Source of the DNA: Deltaproteobacteria bacterium
Lineage (GTDB): Bacteria > Desulfobacterota_D > UBA1144 > Nemesobacterales > CSP1-2
Direction: 5' to 3'
NCBI GenBank assembly: GCA_052390235.1
Contig: JBQTHB010000008.1
Span: 1 to 64,000, forward strand
Length of the DNA stretch: 64,000 bases
Shown here: in pieces, positions 9,022 to 20,194 of the stretch
Layout of the letters: each line of letters begins with the position of its first letter
Numbering within the stretch: the first letter of the stretch is position 1
Position numbers and translations under genes: made by a program
Notes under the pieces: model-generated
Told to the model about the DNA's origin: nothing
Seen by the model: the letters and a program-made list of their open reading frames with translations, nothing else
The model's database searches: none

Positions 9022-12000
9022 ATGAAACAGCTACAGGGTATTCATAAGTGGATTTTGCCGTTTCTCATCGTGATTACTTTGCCAATTTGGTTCTACTGCT
9101 ATCCGCTGGGGATTTCGCAGAGCCTGGGGGCTTTAATCCTCGACGGGGCTTATATTTGTCTCTTTTTAGTCGCTTACGTTCTAATATTAAACTCTCATAT
9201 TACGGCTATTGAAATCCTCTGGACGGTGCTTGCTTATATCTTATTTTTGAGCTTCATAGATGATTTAACAGCCGAGCCAAGACTTAAGAATACACTTGAA
9301 GTTATATTAAACTGGAATTTAAGTTACATAGATAGCATCCTGCAAATACTTGGTATTTTAATTCTCATTATCTGTTTTTATCTATATCGAATCAAATTAA
9401 ACCTCGAAAACATCAGAACAAAGCAGATTGAGAAAAAGAGCCGAGAGAACGAAGAGCGCTATAACCTCATATCCTATAATTCGACGGACTTAATCCTAAT
9501 ACTGAGCCCTGAAGGGATCATCCTCTACGCCTCTGCCTCGCACTTGGAAGCCTTGGGGTTCACCCCTCTCGATCTGTCAAATAAAAACATCGCCGACCTC
9601 GTTCACCCGGACGATAAAAACCTCTTCCATGAAGCCCTATCCAATCATCAAGCCGCCGAGGGAGCGTCCGTAATACCATTCGAGATGAGAATTAAAACAA
9701 GCGATGAGTATTGGATTCCCCTCGAGGCTAAGCTATCGGCTCAAACCCTCGCCCCCGGAGCGGGAAGTCAAATAATACTCTCGGCGCGAAACGTAACTCA
9801 AAGCAAAAGCGCAGAGAAATCCCTGATACTGGGCCGCAGCGAGTACAGTAACCTCTTTCTTAGCGCCCCCGTGGGCATATATTCCATGAACGCAGAGGGG
9901 AAAATTCTCAGGGCAAACCCCGCGTTGGTGCAAATGCTCGGCTACAGTTCGTTTATCGAGATGGTGCTTGTGAGCCTTGAGAGGAGGACTTTCGACGACG
10001 CTTATTCGTGGAATCAATTCAAAGAGCGGTTTTTATCAAACGGGGCCGCTAAGAGCTATGAATCGAGATGGAAACGGCGAGACGGCTCCATAATTTTCAT
10101 CCGCGAAACCATTAGAGCAAAAAAAGATGAAAGCGGCGCAGTGCTGGAATATGAGGGGTTTGCCGAGGACGTTACGGGAAAGAAATTGACCGCCGAAGCC
10201 CTCGCCGAAGCCGAAAAGCGGCAGTCGGTTTTCATTGAACACTCTCAGGATTTAATGCTTGAGACAGACCTAAACGGCGCAATCTCTTACGCCAGTTCCA
10301 ATCACCGGCAGGCGCTCGGCTACGAGCCTGGGGAGCTTGCCGGCAGAAGCGTCTATGAACTAATCCACGAGGACGACGGCGCGAACCTCAGAGCGGAATT
10401 AAGCAGGTCTGCCATCAGCCGCTCCGTCGGAAAAGTCGAACTCAGATATAAAACCCATGACTCCTCCCGCGGCTGGGTTTGGGCCGAATGCGTATGCAGG
10501 GTGTTCACAACGACAAGAGGGGATATGCGAGGGTTCATCGTCTCAAGAGACATCACGCACAGGAAAAAGTCAGACAAACAGAGCCGATACGACACCATGG
10601 TAAAGTCAATTGCGAATATCCTTCATAATTTGACGAGCCAAGAGGACGCGCTTGAACTCATAGCCGATAGAATAAAGAACAACCTCGACAACGCCGATAA
10701 CGTCTCGGTTTGGCGCGTGAGAGGCGAAGAAGCGGCGTTGCAACTGCACAGAGGGCTTCCCGAATGGTTTGCCGAGCGTATGAAGAGAGTCGAAAGCCCC
10801 AAGGGTTTTATATGGAGAACGATAACCGAGGGCAAGACCGTCCAATCGGCGGATGCAGACAGAGACATACTCATCAGCCCCGAAGGCAGGGAGTTGGGAA
10901 CGAAGAGCTATGCCTCAGCGCCGATAAAGTTCCTCGGTAAAGTAACGAAGGTCATCAACGTAAATTCCTATAGAAAAAATGCTTTCGGCGCGGACGAGTT
11001 GAGAGTGCTTGAGACCGTAGCCGAACTCATCGAGGGGAGGCTGATTAAGGAAACCGTAAAGGAGAGCGAGGAGCGATACCTCGCCATAGCCGAGAGCGCG
11101 AGCAATCTAATCTGCGAACTCAATGCCAACGGCGATTACACATACGTCAGCGCGGCTTATAAGCAGGTTCTCGATTACGAGCCAGCGGAACTCATAGGCG
11201 AGAACATCCTTGAGATGGTTCACCTGGACGACTTTCCCACCCTGATTTGGGAGATTAAAAACGGATTTGAGGCTAACTCCGGGCGTATCGCCTTTAGATA
11301 CAAGCACAGAAACGGACACTGGCGGTGGTTTGAGAACAGGGCAAGAAAATTCCGCACGGCAGATGGCGAGGTTCACTTCCTCGTCGTCTCCGAGGACATC
11401 ACCGAGCGCAAGAGGATGGAAAAAGAGGTCATCAAAGTCCAAAAACTCGAATCCCTCGGTATCCTCGCCGGTGGAATCGCCCACGACTTCAACAACCTCT
11501 TAACAGCCATCTGGGGCAATGTCTCGTTGGTGAAGATGGGGACGACGGGAAACGAGAAACTCCAAAAGAGGCTTGCCGACGCCGAGAAAGCCTGCATCAG
11601 GGCGAGGGACTTAACCGAGCAGCTGCTCACGTTCTCAAAGGGCGGAATGCCGGTCAAAAAGACGACCTCCCTCGGCGAGCTAATTACGGAATCCGCGAGC
11701 TTCGCCATAAGAGGCTCCAATGTAAAATGCGAGTTTCTACTTGACGAAGCCCTCTGGCCCTCAGAGGTTGACGAGGGACAGATAAGCCAGGTAATCAACA
11801 ATCTCGCTATCAACGCCGACCAGGCTATGCCCGAAGGCGGCGTTATAACGATAAAGGCTGAGAACGCAAACATTGACGAGCAGGACAGACTCCCAGTAAA
11901 AGAGGGCAGATACATAAAAATTAGCGTCCAAGACCAAGGCATTGGGATACCGGAGGAGTACCTGCCCAAGATTTTCGACCCATACTTTACGACAAAGCAA

Positions 12001-12558
12001 AAGGGGAGCGGACTTGGGCTTGCAACCGTAAACTCGGTAATTAAAAATCACGACGGCTATATAAGAGTGGACTCTAAGTTGAAATTCGGCACCAAGTTCT
12101 ACGTCTATCTTCCGGCATCCGAGAGGGAAATTTCAAAGCACAAACCCTCGGAGAAAGAACCCGTCTGGGGCAACGGGAAGATCCTCGTAATGGACGACGA
12201 GGACATCGTGCGCGAAACCGTGTCGGCGATACTCGCGAACCTAGGCTACGAGGTCGTGCCGGCAGCCGATGGGAACGAAGCCATAGAAATATACAAGAGG
12301 GCAAAAGCCTCGGATAGGGCGTTCGATTTGGTGATAATGGATTTAACCGTGCCAGGCGGGATGGGGGGACGGGAAACCATGCGAAGGCTACTTGAGTTCG
12401 ACCCTGAGATAAAAGCCATCGTGTCGAGCGGTTATCAGGGGGACACTGTAATGGCTGACCACAAGGGATTCGGTTTCAAGGGCGTGGTGGGAAAGCCCTA
12501 TAAAATACAGGAACTCAGCAAAACCGTCTATGAAGTGATATGCGACACGGGGGCTTGA
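9022..12558 (+). CDS. Membrane-anchored hybrid sensor histidine kinase (4 PAS, GAF, HisKA/HATPase, REC)
   Basis: N-terminal TM helices; PAS repeats (VHPDD, IHEDD, VHLDD, DITERK); LAGGIAHDFNNLL H-box; DQGIGI, FTTKQKGSGLGL; REC LVMDDE..MDL. Confidence 0.93.
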   Translation: MKQLQGIHKWILPFLIVITLPIWFYCYPLGISQSLGALILDGAYICLFLVAYVLILNSHITAIEILWTVLAYILFLSFIDDLTAEPRLKNTLEVILNWNLSYIDSILQILGILILIICFYLYRIKLNLENIRTKQIEKKSRENEERYNLISYNSTDLILILSPEGIILYASASHLEALGFTPLDLSNKNIADLVHPDDKNLFHEALSNHQAAEGASVIPFEMRIKTSDEYWIPLEAKLSAQTLAPGAGSQIILSARNVTQSKSAEKSLILGRSEYSNLFLSAPVGIYSMNAEGKILRANPALVQMLGYSSFIEMVLVSLERRTFDDAYSWNQFKERFLSNGAAKSYESRWKRRDGSIIFIRETIRAKKDESGAVLEYEGFAEDVTGKKLTAEALAEAEKRQSVFIEHSQDLMLETDLNGAISYASSNHRQALGYEPGELAGRSVYELIHEDDGANLRAELSRSAISRSVGKVELRYKTHDSSRGWVWAECVCRVFTTTRGDMRGFIVSRDITHRKKSDKQSRYDTMVKSIANILHNLTSQEDALELIADRIKNNLDNADNVSVWRVRGEEAALQLHRGLPEWFAERMKRVESPKGFIWRTITEGKTVQSADADRDILISPEGRELGTKSYASAPIKFLGKVTKVINVNSYRKNAFGADELRVLETVAELIEGRLIKETVKESEERYLAIAESASNLICELNANGDYTYVSAAYKQVLDYEPAELIGENILEMVHLDDFPTLIWEIKNGFEANSGRIAFRYKHRNGHWRWFENRARKFRTADGEVHFLVVSEDITERKRMEKEVIKVQKLESLGILAGGIAHDFNNLLTAIWGNVSLVKMGTTGNEKLQKRLADAEKACIRARDLTEQLLTFSKGGMPVKKTTSLGELITESASFAIRGSNVKCEFLLDEALWPSEVDEGQISQVINNLAINADQAMPEGGVITIKAENANIDEQDRLPVKEGRYIKISVQDQGIGIPEEYLPKIFDPYFTTKQKGSGLGLATVNSVIKNHDGYIRVDSKLKFGTKFYVYLPASEREISKHKPSEKEPVWGNGKILVMDDEDIVRETVSAILANLGYEVVPAADGNEAIEIYKRAKASDRAFDLVIMDLTVPGGMGGRETMRRLLEFDPEIKAIVSSGYQGDTVMADHKGFGFKGVVGKPYKIQELSKTVYEVICDTGA

Positions 12559-12599
12559 GGCAATTTTCGGCGGCAGTCAAGAGAAATGGGGGGGGGTGA

Positions 12600-12773
12600 T
12601 TAACCCGCAATTTTTCTGTCTCTGAGGGAGGTTAACACCTCCAGCTTTTCTTCGTCCCTCATGCGCGGCCAGCCCGCAATTTCATCCGGCGTCCTCAGAC
12701 ACCCCTCGCAGTAGCCAGACTTCTCGTCAATTATACAGACCTCAGTACATGGGGATTTCACTGTATCGCTCAT
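12600..12773 (-). CDS. DUF1289-family small Cys-rich protein
   Basis: SPCTEVC..SGYCEGCLRT.DEIAGW pattern; GGAGG SD before ATG 12773. Confidence 0.8.
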   Translation of the reverse strand: MSDTVKSPCTEVCIIDEKSGYCEGCLRTPDEIAGWPRMRDEEKLEVLTSLRDRKIAG

Positions 12774-12902
12774 TACGCCCTCCCTCCGGCGGCGGGAATT
12801 ACCGCTACATTCTAGCCTAAGCGGCTCATTGGGGCAACCCGCTCTCACGGCAGATAAATTGGCTATTCGGCTCTGCGCGGTGTTAGGTTAGACTACATCA
12901 CT

Positions 12903-13355
12903 ATGAGCGGCGGCAGAATCATTATCGGCAGAAAGGACAAAGTGGATTTCCCAGACCTAGGCTTATTCGACGTTGAAGCCAAGATTGACACCGGCGCATA
13001 TACATCGGCAATCCACTGCCAGAACGTGGAGGTCGTGGGTTCGGCAAGGGAACGTAGAGTGCGCTTTTGCCTCCTAGACTCCTCGCACCCCTCCTACTGC
13101 GATAAAACCCTCAGCCTGCCGATTCACGCCGAGCGAAGAGTGAAGAACTCGTTTGGCGAATCCGAGGAGCGGTTTATCATCAAGACGCGGATTTTGATAT
13201 TTGACCGGCTCATCGAGGCGGAGTTCTCCCTCGGCGACAGGTCCCGAATGGAATTCCCCGTTCTCATCGGAAGGAAATTGCTCTATAATCGATTCATTGT
13301 GGACGTGGCGGAGTATGATTTGTCTTATAATAGAAAGCAGGAGAGCGGAAAATGA
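12903..13355 (+). CDS. RimK-associated retropepsin-like protease
   Basis: [27 protein letters not shown]; overlaps the rimK start. Confidence 0.88.
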   Translation: MSGGRIIIGRKDKVDFPDLGLFDVEAKIDTGAYTSAIHCQNVEVVGSARERRVRFCLLDSSHPSYCDKTLSLPIHAERRVKNSFGESEERFIIKTRILIFDRLIEAEFSLGDRSRMEFPVLIGRKLLYNRFIVDVAEYDLSYNRKQESGK

Positions 13356-14266
13356 AGATCATCGTCCTATCGCGCAACGAAAAGCTGTACTCCACTGAGA
13401 GGCTCATCGAAGCCGCCGCCCTGCGGGGACACGAAGCCGAGGTAGTTGACTTTCTCGCCTGCTATTTCATCATCGAAAAGGGGAACCCGGAGATTTATTA
13501 CCACGGGGGGAAGCTCTGCGGTATTGATGCGGTCATCCCAAGGATTGGGGCTTCGAGGACATTTTACGGCACCGCCGTAGTTAGGCAATTTGAGGTGATG
13601 AACATATTCTGCGCGAACCAGTCTCAGGCAATAACGCGCTCGCGGGATAAATTGAGGTCGGCTCAAATCCTCTCAGGGGCGGGCATCGGAATCCCCATCA
13701 CGGCTTTCGCCTCAAGCCCCTCGGATGTTCAGCACCTGATACGAGAGGTCGGGGGAGCGCCGCTTGTAATAAAACTCCTCCAAGGCACTCAGGGCATAGG
13801 CGTCGTGCTGGCGGAAACCGAGAAAGCCGCCGAATCGGTCATCGAGGCGTTTTACGGGGTTGACGCCAATATGCTCATCCAAGAATATATAAAAGAAGCC
13901 GGAGGCGCGGACGTGAGGGCTTTTGTCGTGGGAGACGAGGTCGTGGGGGCGATGAAGCGGCAGGGGGCAAAGGGGGAGTTTCGCTCGAATATACACCGCG
14001 GCGGCACGGCGAGCGCAATTGAGCTAACGAGAGAAGAAGAGGCGACGGCGATAAGAGCGGCGAAGGTGCTGGGATTAAACATCGCCGGAGTGGACTTGCT
14101 TCAGTCCGGGCGCGGTAGCCTCATAATGGAGGTGAACTCATCGCCGGGGCTTGAGGGTATCGAAGGGGCAACGGGGATAGATGTCGCCGGGAAGATAATT
14201 GAATTCATCGAAAAGCAGTATTTATTAGCAGGCGCAGACCCTAGGGATGCCGGCTCCAGCGCCTAA
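13352..14266 (+). CDS. rimK: RimK alpha-L-glutamate ligase (ATP-grasp)
   Basis: [41 protein letters not shown]. Confidence 0.94.
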   Translation: MKIIVLSRNEKLYSTERLIEAAALRGHEAEVVDFLACYFIIEKGNPEIYYHGGKLCGIDAVIPRIGASRTFYGTAVVRQFEVMNIFCANQSQAITRSRDKLRSAQILSGAGIGIPITAFASSPSDVQHLIREVGGAPLVIKLLQGTQGIGVVLAETEKAAESVIEAFYGVDANMLIQEYIKEAGGADVRAFVVGDEVVGAMKRQGAKGEFRSNIHRGGTASAIELTREEEATAIRAAKVLGLNIAGVDLLQSGRGSLIMEVNSSPGLEGIEGATGIDVAGKIIEFIEKQYLLAGADPRDAGSSA

Positions 14267-14347
14267 AGCCGCCCCCCCCCCGACCACGCCATCTCAATTT
14301 CCCGCGCAGAAGCGGCAGGGGAAGGAGCCGGATTGACTCCAAGCAAT

Positions 14348-14911
14348 CTAGCTCCAAATCTCGGCGAGGTGTATCCTAAGCCCCGCAAAAAGCTCAGGCT
14401 CAAATACCGCCTCTCGTTCAAATCCGCCCGCGACCCTATACCCGCCGCCCCCGTCGAGTTTATACGCCTCAAGGGTTTCCGCGTCCGGGTCAACTATCCA
14501 GTAATGACAAACCCCGTGGCGAAGGTAAAGCGACATCTTGCGCACGCGGTCAATCTTAGCCGTTGCGGGAGAGAGAATCTCAATTACCAAATCCGGCGCG
14601 CCCCGCACATTTTTCTCGGTGATAATATCTGCCCTTTCCTTGGCGATGAAAATTAAATCCGGCTGGGCGATGAAAGAATCATCGAAAATTACGTCAACAG
14701 GGGCGGAGAATATTCGTCCCAATTCCCGTTCTTTTACATATTGATAGAGCAACATAGAGAGATTCATTGATACAGTCTGGTGCTTCGTCGTGGGCGCGGG
14801 GGTCATGTTAATGTCTCCGTCCAAAATCTCGTACCTCTTGCCGTCGTTCGGCAGGAGGAGATAATCCTCGTAGGTGAGCCTGATTTTCTCAACCGTTTTC
14901 ATCAGTTCCAT
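14348..14911 (-). CDS. Uma2-family (DUF820) restriction-endonuclease-like protein
   Basis: LTYEDY.LP.DGKRYEILDG, QPDLIF, GAPDLVIEILSP, YWIVDP. Confidence 0.9.
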   Translation of the reverse strand: MELMKTVEKIRLTYEDYLLLPNDGKRYEILDGDINMTPAPTTKHQTVSMNLSMLLYQYVKERELGRIFSAPVDVIFDDSFIAQPDLIFIAKERADIITEKNVRGAPDLVIEILSPATAKIDRVRKMSLYLRHGVCHYWIVDPDAETLEAYKLDGGGGYRVAGGFEREAVFEPELFAGLRIHLAEIWS

Positions 14912-15009
14912 TGTCGAAACCTCATCGCGAACATTCACTGATAGGCTATCAAACCGCCCGATGGGAGTCAATCCAAAACCCTGCTACCCGACCGAGATAA
15001 GACGGCGGA

Positions 15010-15903
15010 TTAGTCCTTGGTGAGCCTACTTAGCGCCTCTAGGTATTTCTCGGTGGTTTTTTCAATCACGTCCGGCGGGAGATGCGGCGCAGGCGGGGAC
15101 TGATTCCACCCAATGGAGGTTAGGTAATCCCTCACGAACTGTTTATCAAAGCTCCTCTGCGAGCCGCCGGGCTTGTATTCGCTCCTGGGCCAAAAACGCG
15201 AGGAGTCGGGCGTGAGGACTTCATCAATTAGAATCAGCCTGCCGTCCTGGTCAATGCCGAATTCAAATTTCGTGTCGGCTATGATTATTCCCTTAGCCTC
15301 GGCAATGTCTCTAGCCCGCGAATAGAGCGCTATGCTCACGGATTTGACCCACTCGGCAAGCTCTTTTCCGAGAATCTCTACGGTTCTCTCAAAGGTGATG
15401 TTCTCGTCGTGTTCGCCCTCTTCGGCTTTGGTTGATGGGGTAAAAAGCGGCTCTTCGAGCTTGGATGAGTCCACAAGCCCCGAAGGTAACGGGATTCCGC
15501 AGACGGATTTTGATTTTTGATACTCCTTCCACCCCGAGCCTGTGATATAGCCGCGCACGATGCACTCAACCGGCAGGGGTTTTGTTTTCTTGACTAGCAT
15601 ACTCCTGCCTTCCAAATCCGGCGCGTATTTTGAGAACTCCTGCGGGAAATCGGCGGTGTCGGTTGAGATGAGGTGGTTTGAGACGATGTCGCCCGTTTTA
15701 TCGAACCAGTATTTGGAAATCTGGGTCAGCACCCTGCCCTTTTGAGGAATCCCATTTGGGAGAACCACATCGAAAGCCGAGATGCGGTCTGTGGCTACGA
15801 TGAGAAGCCTGTCGCCTAGGTTGTAGTTGTCTCTGACCTTGCCCCTTTTGGGCGCGGGAAGGTCGGGAAACTCGGTTTTCAAGATTACATTTTCATTACT
15901 CAT
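15010..15903 (-). CDS. purC: SAICAR synthetase
   Basis: [43 protein letters not shown]. Confidence 0.97.
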   Translation of the reverse strand: MSNENVILKTEFPDLPAPKRGKVRDNYNLGDRLLIVATDRISAFDVVLPNGIPQKGRVLTQISKYWFDKTGDIVSNHLISTDTADFPQEFSKYAPDLEGRSMLVKKTKPLPVECIVRGYITGSGWKEYQKSKSVCGIPLPSGLVDSSKLEEPLFTPSTKAEEGEHDENITFERTVEILGKELAEWVKSVSIALYSRARDIAEAKGIIIADTKFEFGIDQDGRLILIDEVLTPDSSRFWPRSEYKPGGSQRSFDKQFVRDYLTSIGWNQSPPAPHLPPDVIEKTTEKYLEALSRLTKD

Positions 15904-16140
15904 TGATGCGTCTCCTTCTAAATTGTTAGGTTTTTATTGAAGCCGAACTGCTCAGAGAAACTAAATTTTTATCAATTTAGCCGCAGATGTCAAAACGGGC
16001 GCTGAATCCCATTTCGGATTATCCAAATTGCCGAAGCCGAAGCCGCCAGCCGTGCGGCAAATTTTAGGGGCGCACCCATCTAGCCAACCAGTAGAAATAT
16101 GTGTAAGATGCACTGCGTTTTAGTGGAGGCGCTGCGATTC

Positions 16141-17445
16141 ATGGGCAAATCAGCGGGGGATAAAAACGCATCAAGCGACGGCGCCGTACCCGGCAGAAAA
16201 CCCCTCATAGCCGCCTGCGCCGCAAACGTGCTGGAGTGGTACGATTTTGCCCTCTACGGCTACTTCGCCCCCGTGCTATCTCGGCTCTTTTTCCCCGCCG
16301 AAGATGAAGCAACGTCCCTCATCTCAACGTTCGGCGTATTTGCCGCAGGCTACTTCATGCGCCCGCTCGGAGCGTTAATATTCGGGCATCTGGGCGACAA
16401 ATTCGGGCGAAGGCGCGCGCTCATGGCTTCAGTGGCGCTGATGGCGATTCCTACGGCTCTCATCGGATTCCTCCCAACATATGCCCAAATCGGCATCGCC
16501 GCCCCGATACTTCTCACGCTCTGCCGCCTCGTTCAGGGCATATCCGTAGGGGGAGAGTTTACAGGGTCAATCTCATTCATCGTGGAACACGCCCCGAAAT
16601 CGCGTCGGGGGTTTTTCGGGAGTTTCACGACCTTTAGCCTCATCGGAGGGATGCTCCTTGGCTCAGGCATGGGAGGGCTAATAAATTCAATCTACTCCGA
16701 GCAAGAGGTTCTGGATTGGGCATGGCGGATGCCCTTCGTGCTGGGAGTTCTAGTGGGCTTCGTGGGGCTATATATGAGGACAGGAATAGAAGAGTCGCCG
16801 GCGTTCAAAGCGCTCAAAGAGTCGGGAGATGTCTCCAGAGCGCCGGTTCGCGAAGCGCTCACCAATTACTGGAGGGAGATTCTCATCATAATAGGCACAA
16901 GCTGGGTTGGCTCGGCGACGTTTTATATGTTTTTCGTCTATATGGCAACTTTCCTCACACGAGAGACCGGAATCACTATGTCAGCCGCGCTGAACATCAA
17001 CACCGTGAGCATGGCGGTTATGGTAGCCGCCGCGCCTGTTGCCGGGGCGATTTCAGACCGCATCGGCAGGAAGCCCCCTATGATTGCCGGCTCTTTGGTA
17101 ATTGCGGTTTTATCGTATCCGCTGTTCGCGCTGATGCTTAAGGGAAATGTCCTCTACGACCTCGCAGCGCAGATAATATTCGCCCTTGCCCTTGCCGCCG
17201 TATTCGCCCCTTACCCGGCGGCTTTGGTGGAGCTTTTCCCCTCGCGGGTGCGAATGAGCGCTATGTCCATCGGCTATAACGTGGGGTTTGCGTTCCTCGG
17301 AGGCACCACCCCCCTGTTTGCCGCCTATCTCATCAAAGAGACCGGCAATAAGGCGGCGCCCTGCGTCTATATCATTCTCAGCGCCGTGGTCTCGCTCCTA
17401 GTGTTTATCAAACTCCGGGAAACGCACCGCGACAGTATCGGATAG
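16141..17445 (+). CDS. MFS transporter, MHS (ProP-like) family
   Basis: NVLEWYDFALYG, GDKFGRR, QGISVGGE, EESPAF; GGAGG SD before ATG 16141. Confidence 0.9.
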   Translation: MGKSAGDKNASSDGAVPGRKPLIAACAANVLEWYDFALYGYFAPVLSRLFFPAEDEATSLISTFGVFAAGYFMRPLGALIFGHLGDKFGRRRALMASVALMAIPTALIGFLPTYAQIGIAAPILLTLCRLVQGISVGGEFTGSISFIVEHAPKSRRGFFGSFTTFSLIGGMLLGSGMGGLINSIYSEQEVLDWAWRMPFVLGVLVGFVGLYMRTGIEESPAFKALKESGDVSRAPVREALTNYWREILIIIGTSWVGSATFYMFFVYMATFLTRETGITMSAALNINTVSMAVMVAAAPVAGAISDRIGRKPPMIAGSLVIAVLSYPLFALMLKGNVLYDLAAQIIFALALAAVFAPYPAALVELFPSRVRMSAMSIGYNVGFAFLGGTTPLFAAYLIKETGNKAAPCVYIILSAVVSLLVFIKLRETHRDSIG

Positions 17446-17505
17446 CCCATAATGCGAGAGGACGCGCTGGGGGCGGGGATTATTCCCAATCCGCTCTGCA
17501 AACAC

Positions 17506-17535
17506 TTGACATCCGGCTCTAGGCTTAAGTAGAAT
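17506..17535 (+). promoter_or_regulatory. Sigma70 promoter for tRNA-Val/thrS
   Basis: TTGACA-N18-TAGAAT upstream of the tRNA. Confidence 0.65.
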
Positions 17536-17562
17536 AAATTGCTCTGCATCGTAGAGACACGA

Positions 17563-17637
17563 GAGCGCGTAGCTCAGGGGAAGAGCGCTTGCTTGACACG
17601 CAAGAGGTCGCAGGTTCAAATCCTGCCGTGCTCACCA
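17563..17637 (+). tRNA. tRNA-Val (anticodon GAC)
   Basis: GAGCGCG/CGTGCTC acceptor, CTTGC-TT-GAC-AC-GCAAG, GGTTCAAATCC, encoded CCA. Confidence 0.97.
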
Positions 17638-17722
17638 TTTCATTTTCATTAAAATACACTGACGTTGCGGGAGCGGGGGACTCCATTTTTCCATTCCGGC
17701 ATTTCCCGAATTTAAAACATCA

Positions 17723-19645
17723 ATGACCGAAATAAGAATTCAGCTTGCAGGCGGAGCGGCGGCAACATTCCCCAGAGGCGCAACCACGGGGGAGATATGC
17801 CGCGCGTTTGGGACGGCTAAAAACACGGTCGGAGCAAAAATAAACGGGCGGCTCGTGGATTTTTGGCATGAGCCAGAGGGGGACTCAACGCTTGAACCCG
17901 TGGAAATTGACTCCGCCGAGGGGCTCGCGCTCATCCGCCACACAGCCGCCCACGTCATGGCTGAAGCCGTGCAGGGCGTATTCCCGGATAGAATCAAAGT
18001 TACTATTGGGCCCATAATTGAAAATGGATTTTACTATGATTTCGACCGTCCCGTTGGATTTACCCCGGAGGACTTGGAGAAAATCGAGCGGCGGATGCAG
18101 GAGATTATCCGCGAAAATAAGCCTCTTGTGAGAAAGAAAGTGTCCCGCGCCGAAGCCCTCGATATTTTTGCCCGCGACGGCGAGACATATAAGGTTGAGA
18201 TAATAGACGACCTTCCAGAAGGCGAGCAGATTACGATTTATGAGCAGGGCAAGTGGTATGACCTCTGCCGCGGCCCGCACGCCCCCTCAACGGGGTTTGT
18301 GAAGGCGTTCAAGCTCCAGAGCGTCGCCGGGGCATATTGGAGAGGGGACGAGCGAAACCCCATGCTCCAGAGGATTTACGGCACGGCGTTCGCATCGCGG
18401 GAGGGGTTAAGGGAATACCTCGAAAGGCTCGAAGAGGCAAAGAGGCGAGACCACAGAAAACTGGGCAGGGAGCTTGACCTCTTTAGTATTCAGGACGAAA
18501 TTGGGCCAGGGCTCGTTCTGTGGCATCCGAAGGGGGCAAAAATCAGGCGCGTCATCGAGGATTTCTGGCGCGATGAGCATGAGAAGCGCGGCTATGACCT
18601 AGTTTTCACCCCTCACGTGGCAAAGCTCGACCTCTGGAAAACGAGCGGGCATCTGGACTTCTACCGCGAAAATATGTTCTCATCAATGGAAGTTGACGAC
18701 ACGGCGTATCAGATTAAGCCGATGACCTGCCCCTTTCATATCATGATTTACAAATCCGACATCCGAAGCTACAGAGACCTGCCGCTCCGATGGGCAGAAA
18801 TCGGCGCAGTCTATCGCTACGAGCGCTCAGGGGTGCTTCATGGACTGCTCCGCGTAAGGGGATTTTCCCAGGACGATGCGCACATATTCTGCCGCCCCGA
18901 CCAAATTGAAGAAGAGGTCTCCGGCGTGCTGGATTTGACCGTCCTGGTTCTTAAGACCTTCGGATTCGACAATTATGAGGTCTATCTCTCGACGCGCCCT
19001 GAGAAGTTCGTAGGGGGCGAGGAGAATTGGGACAGAGCGACCCTTGCCCTTCGGAACGCCATAGAATCAAAGGGGCTAAAATACGAGATTGACGAGGGCG
19101 GAGGGGCGTTTTACGGTCCCAAAATTGACCTTAAAATAAAAGATGTGCTTGGACGGGCTTGGCAGTGTTCAACGGTTCAGGTAGATTTCAACCTCCCTGA
19201 GCGGTTTGACATCAGCTTCATGGGGATGGACAACACCCGTCATCCGCCGATAATGATTCACCGCGCTATACTCGGCTCGTTTGAGAGATTCTTCGGAATC
19301 CTCATTGAGCAGTACGGCGGGGCGTTTCCCCTGTGGCTAAGCCCCGTTCAGGCGAGAGTGGCGACCATCGGCGAGGCGCAGGTTCCGTACGCCGAAGAGG
19401 TTTATAAAACCCTAAGGGCGAGCAATTTGAGAGTGGACAGGGATTTCAGGGGCGAGAAGTTGGGGCTTAAAGTCAGAGAGGCTCAGCTTCAGAAAATTCC
19501 GTATCTGCTCGTCATAGGGGCGAAGGAAGCCGAAGCAGGATACGTCGCCCCCAGAAAGCGCGGCGGCGAAAATCTCCCGCAGATGTCCGCAGGGGATTTT
19601 CTGAAATTGATAGAAAACGAAAGAGACCCGTATAAGTGGAGGTAA
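17723..19645 (+). CDS. thrS: Threonine--tRNA ligase
   Basis: RHTAAHVMA, DLCRGPH, RDHRKLG, FYGPKID. Confidence 0.98.
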   Translation: MTEIRIQLAGGAAATFPRGATTGEICRAFGTAKNTVGAKINGRLVDFWHEPEGDSTLEPVEIDSAEGLALIRHTAAHVMAEAVQGVFPDRIKVTIGPIIENGFYYDFDRPVGFTPEDLEKIERRMQEIIRENKPLVRKKVSRAEALDIFARDGETYKVEIIDDLPEGEQITIYEQGKWYDLCRGPHAPSTGFVKAFKLQSVAGAYWRGDERNPMLQRIYGTAFASREGLREYLERLEEAKRRDHRKLGRELDLFSIQDEIGPGLVLWHPKGAKIRRVIEDFWRDEHEKRGYDLVFTPHVAKLDLWKTSGHLDFYRENMFSSMEVDDTAYQIKPMTCPFHIMIYKSDIRSYRDLPLRWAEIGAVYRYERSGVLHGLLRVRGFSQDDAHIFCRPDQIEEEVSGVLDLTVLVLKTFGFDNYEVYLSTRPEKFVGGEENWDRATLALRNAIESKGLKYEIDEGGGAFYGPKIDLKIKDVLGRAWQCSTVQVDFNLPERFDISFMGMDNTRHPPIMIHRAILGSFERFFGILIEQYGGAFPLWLSPVQARVATIGEAQVPYAEEVYKTLRASNLRVDRDFRGEKLGLKVREAQLQKIPYLLVIGAKEAEAGYVAPRKRGGENLPQMSAGDFLKLIENERDPYKWR

Positions 19646-19652
19646 ACGAGCT

Positions 19653-20174
19653 ATTTCAACCACCAGAGAACCTGAAATTAGAATTAACCAGAGAATAAGG
19701 GCAAGAGAAGTGAGGCTAATTGCAGAGGATGGAAAGCAACTCGGTATCTTGCAGACCCGCGACGCCCTTCGCATGGCTCAGGAGCAAGGGGTTGACCTCG
19801 TTGAAGTAGCGCCGAACGCAGAGCCACCGGTGTGCAGGCTGATGGATTTCGGCAAGTATAAGTACGAGCTCAAAAAGCAGGCGGCGACGAAACGGCAGAA
19901 GGTTCAGGAACTAAAAGAGACTAAAGTGAGGCCCAATATCGGCGAACACGACCTCGAAATTAAGATAAATCACATGAGGGAGTTTCTCGAAGATGGACAC
20001 AAGAACAAAGTTCGTATATTTTTTAAGGGGCGCGAGATAACACACTCCGAGCTTGGAAGCGAACTCGCTCATAAGATTATTGAGAGGCTCTCGGATGTGG
20101 GAGCGGTGGACTCCCCGCCGAAGTTTGAGGGGAAGAATTTAATTATGATAATTTCACCGAAGAAAAAAACTTAA
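19653..20174 (+). CDS. infC: Translation initiation factor IF-3 (ATT start)
   Basis: In-frame ATT at 19653, 9 nt after GGAGGT, restores the conserved RINQRIRAREVRLI N-terminus; DLVEVAPNAEPPVCRLMDFGK. Confidence 0.95.
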   Translation: MSTTREPEIRINQRIRAREVRLIAEDGKQLGILQTRDALRMAQEQGVDLVEVAPNAEPPVCRLMDFGKYKYELKKQAATKRQKVQELKETKVRPNIGEHDLEIKINHMREFLEDGHKNKVRIFFKGREITHSELGSELAHKIIERLSDVGAVDSPPKFEGKNLIMIISPKKKT

Positions 20175-20194
20175 ACTAAGCAGGTACACAGGCA

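Noticed and set aside
13352..14266. RimK as the F420 ligase CofF
   Set aside because: The sequence and the upstream protease partner match canonical RimK
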